Shown here: positions 37,288 through 49,980 of the stretch, piece after piece | How positions within the stretch are numbered: the stretch's first letter is position 1 | Layout of the letters: the number at the start of each line of letters is the position of its first letter | Origin: Lytechinus pictus | Lineage: Eukaryota | DNA length: 64,000 bases | Assembly: GCF_037042905.1 (NCBI RefSeq) | Contig: NC_087251.1 | Span: forward strand, 30,320,001-30,384,000 | Direction: 5' to 3' | Notes under the pieces: model-generated | What the model was told of the DNA's origin: nothing | Databases searched by the model: none | Seen by the model: only the letters and a program-made list of their open reading frames with translations | Position numbers and translations under genes: made by a program

Positions 37288-40200
37288 TAGACGGGTCAAT
37301 ATATGGTTTGACCCGGAACAAATTGCAACAAATGATTTTTCAACGGTATTTTGTACTATTTGACCTCAGGAATAACATACTAAAAATCTACCAAAATCCG
37401 CATCCGGGAAAGTGGTTATTTTTAAGATGTCATCCAAGATGGCCGCCATTCACTAAAAATTGATATAACTCACTCATTATCCACCCTAGAATCATATTTG
37501 GGTTCATATTCCATGGTCCAATGGGTAAAAGAATTTATTTATACAAGTTAGAGTGAATATTAGCACTCCAGGGTACCAGGAAAATCCAAGATGGCGCCCA
37601 AAATGGATGCCGTAGTCTAAAAACTCCACAATTCATCTATTACTTACTTAAGTGGCTTTAATTTGGTTTCCATCCGATTGTTTTAATGATGAAGTAGTAC
37701 GTCGGGACAAGTTACAAGGACAGCCAGTGGTCTGGTGTGTCCAAAAATTCAAGATGGCTTCCAAAAATTGAGTTTAAAATGGCTGTTAATCCTTAAAATG
37801 GACATAGCTCATATCACATCAACCTGAGAGATATGATTTTGGTGTCTAGACCATGGTTTCAATTGTCAAATAATACATTGGGACAAGTTACAAGGACAGT
37901 CAGTGGTCCAGTATGTTCAAAAATCCAAGATGGCTTCCAAAAATGGAGTAAAAAATGCTGTTGCTACTTTAAAAAAACCCAACAAAGTTTGTTCAATATT
38001 CGGGAATATGATTTTTTGTGCCTATACCATGGTTAAATGGGTCAAATAATAAATTGGGATAAGTTACAAGAACGATTGGTGGTCAAGTATGTCCAAAAGT
38101 CCACGGTGGCTTAAAAAATAGTATCAATTAGCCGCGATGGTATTTAAAAATGGACATAGTTCATGTTTTATTCGTCAAGGGCATATGATTTTGTTGCCTA
38201 TATCATGGTTTCAAAAGGCAGAAAATTAGTTACAAGGACAGTCAGTGGTCCAGTATGTCGAAAATACAAGATGGCTTCCAAAAATCGGAGTCTAAATGAC
38301 TGCTGTTACTTTTAAAATGGACATAGTTCATTTAAAATCCACCTAGGAGATATGATTTCGGTGTCCACACTATGGTTTCATGGTTAAAATAATACGTTTG
38401 GACTGGTTACATTGATATGCAGTTGTCCAGTTCGCCTAAAACACAAGAGGGTTTTTAAAGGAATCTAAAACGACTCATATCATTCAATAGTGGTCAGAGT
38501 TCTACAATATTCATCTGCAAGAAATAATGTTGGTGTCCAAATTGTGGTATGAAGGGTCAAATGATACATTCGGACAAGTAAACAGGATGGTTAGTACTCC
38601 ATTTTGTCAAATAATCCATGATGGATTCTAAAATTTCATCAAAATGGGTGCTGTTACCAACTCATTAAACAATATGATAACTTGTCCCCATGCATTTAAG
38701 TGTAGGCACCAAGATTATTTCTAACAGGTAGATATTTTATGTAATAGTAGTCACTTTAGAACCCATTTTTTAAGCCAACTTGGATTTTAAGGCAAAATGG
38801 ATAGCTGCATATCATGGTAACCAGTCCCAAAGTATTGTTTGGCCCTTGAAACCGTAGTGTAGACACCAAAATAATATCCCCATGGTGTATTTATAATGTT
38901 CTACATCCACTTTTAAGTAACAGCAGTCATTTAAGACCCCTATTTTTAAATCCATCTTTGATTTTTGGACATACCTGACACCTGACTGTCCTTTCAACTT
39001 AACCCAAGGTATTGCTTGACCCTGTAAACTCTAGTATAGACAGCAAAATCATACCTCCAAGGTGTATTTATAATAAACTATGCATACTTTTAAGTAGCAA
39101 CAGTCAATTTACACCCCATTTTTTGAAGTAATCTTGGATTTTTTTTTTAAACAGACAACTGACTGGTCTTGTAACTTACCCTAGTGTATTACTTGACCCT
39201 TCTAAACAATGTGTTTAACACCAAACTCATATTCCCCAGACAGATATTAAACAAACTATGTCCTTTTATAAGTAACATCAGACATATTTTTACTCCATTT
39301 TTGGAAGCCATCTTGTAATTTTTGACATACTAGACCACTGACTGCCATTGTCTTGTCCATTTATATAATTTGACCCTTGAAACCATAGTTTAGACACCGA
39401 AATCATATCTCACAGCGGATTGAAAATGAGCTATGCCACTTTAAAGTATCAACAGCCATTTAAGAATCAAGTTTTGGAAGCCATATTGGATTTTTGGTCA
39501 TACCAGACCACTGACTGGCCTTAAAACCTGTCTTAATGTATTATTTTGGCCCTTAAACCAGTGGTTTAGATACCAAAATTGCATCTCCCATGCCGATATG
39601 AAATAAGCTATGTCCGCTTTAAGTAGCAGCAGTCAATTTAGAATCGATTTTTGGAAGCCAACTTAGATTTTTTGACCGACCAGGCCACTGACTTTCCTTG
39701 TAACTTGCCCTAACGTATTAATTGATCCTTGAAACTAGTGGTTTAGACACCAAAATCACATTTCCAGGCCGATATGAAAGGAGCTTGATCCGCTTTAAGT
39801 ATCAGCAGCATATTTCTAATACCATTTTTGGACGCCATCTTCGATTTTTGGACATACCATAGCATTGACTGTCCTTGTAACTTATCCTAATATATTATTT
39901 GACCCTTGAAACCAGTGGCTTATACATCAAAATCACATATCCAGGCCAAAATGAAATGAGCTTTGTCCGCTTTAAGTATTAGCAGCCGTTTCAGAATCAA
40001 TTTTTAGAATCCATCTAGGATTTTTGCACATACCAGACCACTGACTTTCCTTGTAACTTGCCCCAATGTATTATTTGACCCATTTAACCATGGTATAGAC
40101 ACAAAAATCATATTTCTGGACATTGAGCAAACTATGTCGGGTTTTTTTAAGTAGCAACAGCAATTTTCGACTCCACTTTTGGAAGCCATCTTGGATTTTT

Positions 40201-40816
40201 GAACATACTACTCCACTGACTGTCCTTGTAACTTATCCCAATGTCTTATTTGACCATTGAAATCGTGGTCTAGACACCAAAATCATTATGTCCCAGGCGG
40301 ATATAAAATGAACTATGTCCATTTTAATTATCAACAGCCATTTTAAACTCATTTTTTGGAAGCCTTCTTGGATTTTTGGACACACTCGACCACTGGCTGT
40401 CCTTGTAACTTGTTTCAATGTACTATTTCACCTTTAAAACCATTAAATAAAAAACTAATTTAGATTAATTGTGGATTTTCAGCCTACGGCAGCCATTTTG
40501 GGCGCCATCTTGGATTTGCCTGGTACACTGGAGGGCTCATAATGCATCCTAGCCTAAATCAATGTTTGTACCCCAGACCATGGAATATGAACCGAAATAG
40601 TATTCTAGGGTGGATAATGTGTCAGTTGTATCCATTTTCAGTGAATGGCGGCCATTTTGGACGCCATCTTGAAAATAACCACTTTCCCGGATGCGGATTT
40701 TGGTAGATTTTTAGTATGTTATTCCTGAGGTCAAATAGTACAAAATACCGTTGAAAAATCATTTGTTGCAATTTGTTCCGGGTAAGGCTATTTTTGGTCG
40801 TATATTGACCCGTCTA
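37288..40816. mobile_element. Foldback non-autonomous element, Academ-like
   Basis: TAGACGGGTCAATATA at both ends, TAT on both flanks, ~120-bp near-perfect inner IR, ~175-bp tandem units forward (37700-38650) then inverted (38700-40420). Confidence 0.88.
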
Positions 40817-40966
40817 TATATGTAGATGACAATAAGTTTTATGTGCATGTTCTGTAATTGTTTTCTAATGTATTTTTTTTATTGTATTCCAGGGCCTCTA
40901 AGTATAACAGTGTTTGAACCACTGACAGAGTCACCCTGGTAAAATAAGACGTAATAAATAAATAAA
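40817..40966 (+). mobile_element. Displaced 3' end of the 36517 LINE
   Basis: Stem CCAGGGCCTC...GAGTCACCCTGG (40889-40939) followed by (AATA)n tail 40953-40966. Confidence 0.65.
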
Positions 40967-40972
40967 ACTAAC

Positions 40973-41460
40973 ATTTGACCTAGATCATGTGACCAAACAC
41001 TTGTGCAAGATGATCAGTGATACTTATATCCACATTTCATGAATTAGATCCATAAACTTTCAAAGTTATGATGGAAATTAACAAATACCCCCAACATGGC
41101 CAAACGTAATTGACCCTAAATGACCTTTGACCTTAGTCATGTGACCTGAAACTCAGGCAGTGTGTTTTGTAATACTTTATTACCTTTATGTCCAAGTTTC
41201 ATGAACAAGGCCTATACAGGGGCCGCGGAACGGTTTTCAAAGTGGGGGGGGCTGAGCCAAAAGTGGGGGGGCTGACCATGCTAAAAATCACAATCATATG
41301 GTAATTTTTACGTTTTTGTACACGGTTTTGGAAAAAAGTGGGGGGCTGAAGCCCCCCCCCCCCCCCCCAGCCCCCCCCCCCCCCCGGTTCCGCGGCCCCT
41401 GCTATATACATTCTTAAGCTATGATGACATTTCAAAAACTTAACCTTCGGTTATGATTTG
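40973..41460 (-). mobile_element. HINE-like fragment, same family as 1905-2700, inverted
   Basis: tgaccctaaatgacctttgacc..gtcatgtgacctgaaactc = reverse complement of the core. Confidence 0.7.
41217..41401. mobile_element. hAT-type MITE with 5-bp TSD (hAT5-like)
   Basis: Perfect TIR CAGGGGCCGCGGAAC; CTATA on both flanks. Confidence 0.85.
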
Positions 41461-41944
41461 ACAAAAATTGTAGATCTGTTAACTGCAAAAAAGGAGGTAA
41501 ACACTGTATTTTTTAGTTCAATAATATATTCATTGAACTCATTGACATATTTCATTTTAAAGAGACACTCTGTATATATGCAAGTAACCCTAATTAGCAT
41601 AAATTAGCCTCTGAAATGAGTAGTTATCAAAACATTCTTGTAAAAAAATATACCTGTAGCTACTTCATGGAAATGTAAAAAATTAATAAAAATTGTTTTT
41701 TTTTAATGCGGTAATCATGTTTAATGATCTAATTTGCATACATGTAAATTATGCGCACTTTCAACATAAAATGAGAAGTTTGCTTGAATTACATTACTTC
41801 TATCACAGAAGGTGATATGATAAAAGTATGATACAATATAATAAGAATACAGATGCGATGGATATATGAATGGATACAGATCGGGTAAAGTATGGATGAA
41901 CCCTCCCCCCTCATTGTCTGTCCAATCATCCGCCCCTTGGTATG

Positions 41945-42145
41945 AATAATAATAATAATGATGATAATAATAATAATAATAATAATGATGATGATGATGA
42001 TGATGACAGTAATAATAATTACAATTATTATCATCATTATTTTGATAATAATGACAATAATAACGATAATAATGATAATAATAATAATATTGATAATAAC
42101 AATAATAGTAGTAATAATAATTATAATAATAATAATGATGATAAA
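41945..42145. repeat. (AAT/GAT)n microsatellite, probably SINE tail
   Basis: Direct reading; source of poly-I/N ORFs. Confidence 0.9.
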
Positions 42146-42539
42146 AATAGACATTTATATAGCGCCATCAATCTAGAATATATCTAATAGCAGCGCTTTG
42201 TATCCTCAGGTAAAAAGGGCTTTATAAATCCAGCTATTATTATTATTATCATTATCATTATTAGAAATAATCTTTTCCGAGGCGCTTTGTTTATTATAAT
42301 TATTATCAGTATTATTATTATTACCCCGGCTTTAGTTGGAGCTGCCTTTCAAGCGCTCAGTGCATCAGTAGTAGGTCTATTATTCAAGGAACTAATCCTG
42401 CCGGGTACGTACCATTCACCTCACATGGGTTGAGTGCAGCACAATGTGGGTAAATTTCTTGCTGACAGAAAACACGCCAAGGATGGGATTTGAACCCACG
42501 TGAAAGACGAGGGTTGTACCCATTAGACCACGGCGCCCC
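42146..42539 (-). mobile_element. tRNA-derived SINE (degenerate)
   Basis: B-box GGGTTCAAATCCC on minus; core tgctgcactcaaccca..gaggtgaatgg shared with 45595-45874; tail ggcgctatataaatg+(ATT)n. Confidence 0.75.
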
Positions 42540-42801
42540 TTGAAAAAACAAAATGATAATAAATCCACACGTTTATCTTAATAATATGAATTTTAGTGCT
42601 CACTCTTGTGAATTGTTTGGCCCCCATTGCCATTGTACATAATACTGTTTTGGCCAGTGGCGGCTAATCTAAATATCAAAATACATGACATTATAAATGA
42701 TACATCTCGTTAGTAATGATGATTTGCATACAATACTTCGTTCATATAGATCACAATTACTTGCAGTTTGATGCTTCTGGCATTTTCCAAAGTGAAATTA
42801 A

Positions 42802-43235
42802 AGGAGAATGAAACCCTTGAAACCAGCTGAATCCATATCCAAGAGAAAAATCAACGAAACATATTGTTGAAAGTTTGAGGAAGATTGAATGAATAATAAG
42901 AAAGTTATGAGCATTTCAATATTGAGATCACTAATGCCATGTAGATCCTCCCATTGGCAATGCGACCAAGATCTGTGATGTCACACACGTACAACTCCCT
43001 CATTACTTTAGTACTTATTTCACTTATATTCTCACTTTTATAGAGTCTATCACAAGGTGAGGTGTTCTCTTTATGAGAGGACAAGTACAGAGGTTTCACA
43101 ACATTATATCATTGATGAATCGTTTGTCATATGATTAGAATGAGCAAAAAGATATGTTTTGGGGTATATTTTCAGTGTCCAAAAGGGGAGAGTTGTTCAT
43201 CTGTGACATCATAGATCTTGGTCGCATTGCCAATT
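42802..43235. mobile_element. Kolobok-like element, right end lost
   Basis: TTAA|AGGAGAATGAAACCC; internal IR ttggcaatgcgaccaagatct.tgatgtcac (~42954-42985 / 43203-43234). Confidence 0.55.
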
Positions 43236-43303
43236 TCTCAGTTGTGAAACTGCAGGACACTTTATAGACAAAAGTTGCTTCATTTTTTATATTTCTCTTT
43301 TCA

Positions 43304-44176
43304 TTTTTGTCTCACCTGCAAAGCAGAGTGAGACTATAGGCGCCGCTTTTCCGACGGTGGCGGCGGCGTCAACACCAAATCTTAACCGAAGGTTCAGTTT
43401 TTGAAATGACAGCATAACTTAGAAAGTTTATAGACCTAGTTCATGAAACTTGGCCATAAGGTTAATAAAGTATTACTTAACATCCTGCCTGAGTTTCGAG
43501 TCACATGACCAAGGTCAAAGGTCATTTAGGGTCAATGAACTTAGACCATGTTGGGGGAATCATTATCAAAATCTTAACCTAAGATTAAGTTTTTGAAATG
43601 TCATCATAACTTAAAAAATATATATACCTAGTTCGTGAAACTTGAAGATAAGTTTAATCAAGTATTACTGAACACCCTGCCTGAGTTTCAAGTCACATGA
43701 TCAAGGACAAAGGTCATTAGGGTCAATTAACTTTGGCCAAGTTGGGGAAATCTGTTGAATTACCATCATAACTTTGAAAGTTTATGGATCTGATTCATGA
43801 AACTTGGACATAAGAGTAATCAAGTATCATTGAACATCCTGTGCGAGTTTCAGGTCACATGACCAAAGTCAAAGGTCATTTAAGGTCATCGAACTCTGGC
43901 CATTTTGGAGGTAATTATTAGATTGCTGTCATAACTTTCAAAGTTTATAGATATAGTTTATAAAATGTGGATATAGGGGTAATCAAGTATCACTGACAAG
44001 TCTTAAGTCGCATGATCAAGGTCAAATGTCATTTATTGTAAATGAACGTAGTATTGTACCATTACATGAATTGTGTTTTTTGTGAATAATTATGTTATAG
44101 TAGTTTTCAAAATCAGCACTGCTGATATATTGAATCGCGTGATGCAGGTGAGACTGCCAGAGGCGCGCCACTTGTT
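43304..44176 (+). mobile_element. Full-length HINE-like element, family of 1905-2700
   Basis: TTTTTGTCTCACCTGC...GCAGGTGAGACTGCCAGAGGCGCGCCACTTGTT. Confidence 0.8.
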
Positions 44177-44719
44177 AACTTCAAGGAGGCACATGGGGTC
44201 CATTGCTGTACTCAGCCAAGGAGACAGATCTCCCCAGACGTTTAAAATGTTACATTTTTAATGAACATATTCATAAAATTCACCCTAAGTGCATACGAAC
44301 TTTAATTTCCCCTTAGAAAATGCAAAAGTGTCCCAATGACAAGCTCGATCACTTCGCCCCCTCAATTTCAAATTTCTCTTAAAATCTTTATGCCTCTGCC
44401 CCCTCCAGTCCCCGGGACAAAAGAAAATAACATAAGGCATAGGGAAGGAGCTAAAAACTCATTTTGCAAAACCAAAATGTATTATCTCCACGCGTCCAGC
44501 GCCCTTGGCCCCAATGACAAGGATCCACATTTTTTCAACCCACTTACACCCATCCCCCCAAAACATGTTTTACCACCTCAAACTCTATTTTGTAGGGGTC
44601 GCAAGAGCCTCCTCTTCCACCCCACCCCTCGGCCTCCAGCGCCCTTGGACTCAATAGCAATGATCCCCCTCTTTAAACACTCATACCCACCACCCCCTGC
44701 AGATCCCTGATTGCACAAT

Positions 44720-45023
44720 GGACATAACTCTGATTATCGAAATCGAAAAAGTAAGTTTTATCTAAATCGAAAAACTTAGTTTTTCACCGATAATCTCAGT
44801 TTATCAAGGAAACACCTTTTTTTAGTCGAAAAGCATTGTTCGCGAAACTCTGTTTTTGAAATGAAAAACTTAGTTTGATCGCTCGAAAAACTAGGTTCAT
44901 CGAAAATGAAAATTTTTAATAAATAATAAATATGTTTTTCGGCGATAACCTGAGTTTTTCTTGATAAACTGTTTTTCGAGCGAAAAACTAGTTTTCACCT
45001 TTATGGGACAGATGGCGCGCCAT
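44720..45023. repeat. MITE remnant with inverted AAACTNAGTTT/ATAAYCTCAG units
   Basis: Short repeated units in both orientations, ending GGGACAGATGGCGCGCCATA. Confidence 0.5.
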
Positions 45024-45149
45024 AAACGTGACGATCTGAATTTTAGTTCTGAAAAAATTGATACTTTATTTTCAGAAATATTATCAGGTTACACGTGAAG
45101 AGACTTCATGTATTATAGGGATCATATATCGCGCCCCTGACTGTAACCC

Positions 45150-46370
45150 AGATGTCTTTATTAATCCTTTACAACAATGTCTATGTCATATATAACCAAG
45201 GAAATAAACTTGCCTATATCATGGGTGATTTAATTCCAACTTACTCAGACCTCATCATGCATCCACTCAAACTTTTACTGATACACTTGCATCTTTCTCA
45301 TTCGAATCAGACCGCTTATTACGAAACCAACATGTGTATCAGCTCCTTCAATTTCATGCACTGACAATATTTTTGTCAATCTCTTTATTAAAAAAATCAA
45401 ACAATGGTGTTTTATACTCCGATATATCTGACCATTTTCCTTTATTTCATATTTCACAATCTAAAGGACAAAATCAACCAAAAACAAAACTTCATAAACG
45501 AAATTTATCAATATTATTGATAACCTTATTCACTTTTCATAAATTTCGAGCATGCATGACTGGTCTGGTATTTTTGAAATTGAAAACCCAAATAATTATA
45601 ATAATATAATAATATATGGTATTTATATTGTGCACATATCCACCTTGTTAGGTGCTCAAGGCGCTCCTATATTACCCGGCTAAGCTAGGCGTTCATAGCG
45701 CACACAGCTTTTTAAGGAATTACTTCCTACCGGTACCCATTTACCTCATCTGGGTTGAGTGCAGCACATTGTGGATCAGTTTCTTGCTAAAGGAAATTAC
45801 GCCATGGCTGGGACTCGAACCCACGACCCTCTGTTTCAAAGTCCGGGGACTGATCCACTGGGCCACAACGCTCCACAAATGAAGCGTTTTCAGGAGCTAT
45901 ACAATGAATATGTGCCCCTTCAGAATGTTGTAAATCCTAAATGTCCACGACAACCATGAAATTACAAGGGGCATTGTTAAATCAATTAATAAAAATAATT
46001 AATTATACCGCAAATTTCTATTAAAAAAAAAGCCAACCATCCTGAAACGGTCAAAGTATGTATCTTACTGAAACAGCTTGAACGTACTTATTAGTACTCA
46101 GTAAGCGACACTATTTCATACTGCAAGTGGCAATACAACAAAGACTTGGAAAATAATAAACCACGCGCACAAAAATGCAGATTCACATGTTTTTAGTCAT
46201 GTATTGTGATGTAACCCAGGACAAACAAACAAAATTCCGAATTATTCAATTTACACTTTCAGAATATTGGTCCAGAACTTACAAAAATATTCCAATTCCC
46301 CAAAAATGTTTTTTAATGATTGTCTAAAAATAAATTTCCCCAACTCAATATTCCTCTCCCCTAATGGGAC
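45150..46370 (+). pseudogene. Decayed CR1/L2-group LINE ORF2 fragment (APE endonuclease end + linker), split by a SINE
   Basis: YIMGD.., DNIF, GVLYSDISDHFPLF; after the SINE FQELYNEYVP..P*ITRGIVKSINK. Confidence 0.75.
45595..45874 (-). mobile_element. tRNA-derived SINE
   Basis: A-box TGGCCCAGTGG (45865-45855), B-box GGGTTCGAGTCCC (45822-45810), conserved core, AT-rich tail. Confidence 0.88.
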
Positions 46371-46380
46371 AACTTCTTAT

Positions 46381-47460
46381 TAGGCCCCTATATCTAATAA
46401 TTCGGTTCGCTATGTTCAGATCGTAACTTTCGCCGGACATTTTTGGAGAAATTGAAAGCTATACATTTTTTGAAGCGTTATGGTATGAGCTATCAGAAAA
46501 ACAATGTTTTCATTTGCACCAACCCCTATATGGCCCCCATCTTGGATTTTTCAAAATGGCCGCCGTGAAAGGATTGGAAATATTTCGGCTTTTTAATAAC
46601 CTAGAATCATTTTTGTACCCAAACCACCTTGTCTAAGGTCAAGGAATCTAGTGGTATCAAAATAATCAACCTTTGTTGAGAAAAAAATATATCGAACTTT
46701 CTGTATTTTTTACTAATTACCGGACACAAACTTACATTAAAATAATGTCGAATTTCGTGTTGCAAATGATGTGACCAAAACTTATACTTTTCAGTACGGT
46801 TAATTGTACACCAATGGCGTACACGCTTTCATTAATCATTTAGCGTGTTTTTCTGTTCATATTAACAAGTTCAAAGGTCAGATAGTTGACATTTGACCAT
46901 GTCGTGGTATTAAATGTTTTGTTAATGGATTAAAAGTGATTGTCTTCTGTCCATATCTTTTCAGTAAGACTCTGTGCATGAGTGCCCAACATGCTGCATG
47001 TTTCTTTATAGTAGGTTTCACTATCATTTCACAGGATTTTTTTTTTTTTTTTTTGGGGGGGGGGGGGAGAAATCGAAAACTATACATTTTGAAACGCTAT
47101 TGTATAATGAATCAGAATAACAATGCTTTCAATTGCACTGATCCATTAAATGGCCGCAATATTGGATTTTCCAAAATGGCCGCCAAAATAGGGGGATATT
47201 CGACATTATCTCGACTTCTAAACGCTTGAAATAACCTAGAATACTAGTTTTTGCACCTTAACCACCATTTCTGACGACAAGGATTCTAGTGGTATCAAAA
47301 TAGTCAACATGCAGTTTTGGAGAAAAAATATAATTTCATTTTAATTTTCTGTTTTTCCTATAAGAATTCCAGGACTTGAAATAACGTTAAAATTCAAATA
47401 ATGATGTGTTGCAAATGATTCCACCAAAACTTTGCCTTTCAATGAGTGACATGTTACACT
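46381..47460 (+). mobile_element. TAG-terminal (Academ-like) element end with duplicated block
   Basis: Starts TAGGCCCC; ~46445-46810 repeated at ~47066-47460; AAAATGGCCGCC motifs. Confidence 0.45.
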
Positions 47461-49272
47461 ATACCGCCCACAATAATGACTCTGTGATTACGTGCACTGG
47501 TGCGAAAAACGAGCAAACAATGGCGGGAAATTTTGAATAGCTGATGGGCAGGTGAATTCGAACGACAGGAATGCCAGTTACAACAAAAGAAGCTTTATCT
47601 TCTTATTCCGCTTTAATCGGAGATCGGCATCGTATAAAACAGCATGTTGGATTCGTCCATCACGTAGTTATTGTTGATGACAATCATACATATTCAATTC
47701 ATTGAGGAGGACAGGGAAGAAGTGTCACATGGATTTCAAAACAACAGTGTATTTCCATGTTACCACTGATAGCATACTGAAAAAGGGAGATAAACAGAGC
47801 TTGGAATGTGTACCGCTAAACATAATTATGTAGCTGTTGTTCTTCAACATGCCGTAGAGGTTCATGATAGGAATGATGTCTTACCAATTAAGGCGCCATA
47901 ACGACAGCAGATCGACTTTAAACATCGGATATAGGACTGGTACTTGTGTAATAGCACATCCGACAGAAAATTGGATATTCACGTGAGAGAAAATGATACA
48001 TATTTTAGAAATTGATTTCAAACACCAGTTTGGTGATGACCGGGTAAGTATAATAATAATAATAATAATCTTAATGCTCAAAACAGTGTTAAAATCTTTT
48101 GGAACATTTTTAAAATGGCTCAATTATAAACAGGTGTCTGCCAATTCGCCAATAGAGGCAATGAACACAAAACATACAAATACATTACGGTTTAAATGCG
48201 AATTTCGATTTAAGGTTTATACGGTTATTATAAAGGTTTAAGGAAAAGTTGGCAAAATGTTAGATATTACTTTTCACTGAATAGTATAGATTGTGGCACA
48301 ACCCCGTTTTCAAGAGTCAAATTTTACGGATCCTGTCATAGGATTTTTTTTTAATTATTTAAGCAGATGATAAAGTATAAAGATTATGATTTTTTTCCCC
48401 AGCGAAAGTATGTTTCTTCTTTTAAATGAAATCTGCATTATTATAAATTTTATGATCAAGTTATGAGTTACATATATACTCCAGAGTAAATCAACTAAAG
48501 TCAAAACTATGAAAAAGATTTCTACAGTTGAAGTGTAATAATTAGAATGAAGTAGAAAAGTAATCGCCGTCATCAAAATATAAATCTGGTAACTGCATAT
48601 CACCTAAACATTCGTCATGAAAAAAGTGTACAAGCAGGTGCTAAGTAAGACATGTAAAATACAGTATTTAGCATAATAATATAAAACGAATGTCAATTGG
48701 AACAATAATAAAGAGAGAGAAGCTTTCAAGTTTCTACAAGATAAAGAAAATGTCAATGGTGTATTGGAAAGAAAGGTTAGAAGTTAATTCAAAACATGCA
48801 GGTATGAATAAGATCAATTATTGAAACAATAATAATTTATAAGAGTAACGGATCAGTAATTTTCAATTATTATATTTACAATGTGGGCCATCATCAAAAG
48901 TTCATTTACAATTGGGTTACATGCTTCATACACGTTATGAGCTTAGTGATGTTTTCTACCTGTTCCAACATAATTTAAAGTTTCGCTTGATTTCACAAAA
49001 CATGAGCTCCTGTCTCCCGCTCGCACTATTTGTTAACAAATATGCGTAAATCCCACATTGAACAATATTATTAGTTATTTCAGCAAGCGCTTCGCGCCCG
49101 CATTATGAGCCTATATGAATGGCACATTTATCCTGATCACAAATTCCTACCAACAGTTTTTTTTAAATAAAATTTCAAGTTCATTATATATGTAACAAAA
49201 AAAAATCTTGTCGCGCTTCGCATTTTTTGTATACGGGCACGTATCATCTCCAATTCCTTGAACAAACATTAA

Positions 49273-49757
49273 AGGGATGTACACCCATTCCCCAAATTAT
49301 TTTGATTTAAAAAAAAAACCATGAAACAAGCATAATGCTGAAATTCGAATTTCGAATAAGGAAAGTATTTTTAAGTTCCGCTTAATTTTACATAACAGTA
49401 ATTATTCACGTCATTGCAGGTATGAGGGAAATGATGGAAACCAATAGCTTCACCTACTCACTATTTCTTTTGTGTTCTATTTTATGAAATATTTTTATTT
49501 TTTCTCCTAATGTAAAACAAAGCTTGTTCTTCCCTCAACACATAAGAATTGCCATTGTTGTAACACATTGTATATTGATGAAGAATCTCGTCTTTGTCAA
49601 ATCGGCCAAATGTAATATTGTATAATTCAAACAATAAAATATAAAAGAAATAGTGAGTGAGAGCCATCACCGACTCTCTTGATTGTATCATTAAGTTGCA
49701 AGTTTGATTTTCCCCATTTTATTCAAACCGAATTTTTATTTGGGTGGACTCGAACTT
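49273..49757. mobile_element. Kolobok-like element
   Basis: TTAA|AGG start; shares caataaaa..aagaaatagtgagtga and GGGTGGACT end with 60592-61181. Confidence 0.6.
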
Positions 49758-49980
49758 TTCAGTTCAGTATATATCAAAAAGGGGACATCCCGATAGACCG
49801 CGGGTCCGATAGACCGCGGGTCCGTTAGACCGCGGGTCCGATAGACCGCGGGTCCGATAGTCCGCGGGTCCGATAGACCGCGGGTCCGATAGTCCGCAAT
49901 GTGTGTAAAATTATGATCAGATATATCAAATGTCATCGAGAGGTCCAAAGGTCAAATGATACGAGGCCATGGGGTTCTAT

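Noticed and set aside
41789..42187. Poly-Ile / poly-Asn ORFs
   Set aside because: (AAT)n microsatellite at a SINE tail.
45800..45874. tRNA gene
   Set aside because: The tRNA-like head continues into a SINE core and tail; a second related copy is at 42146-42539.
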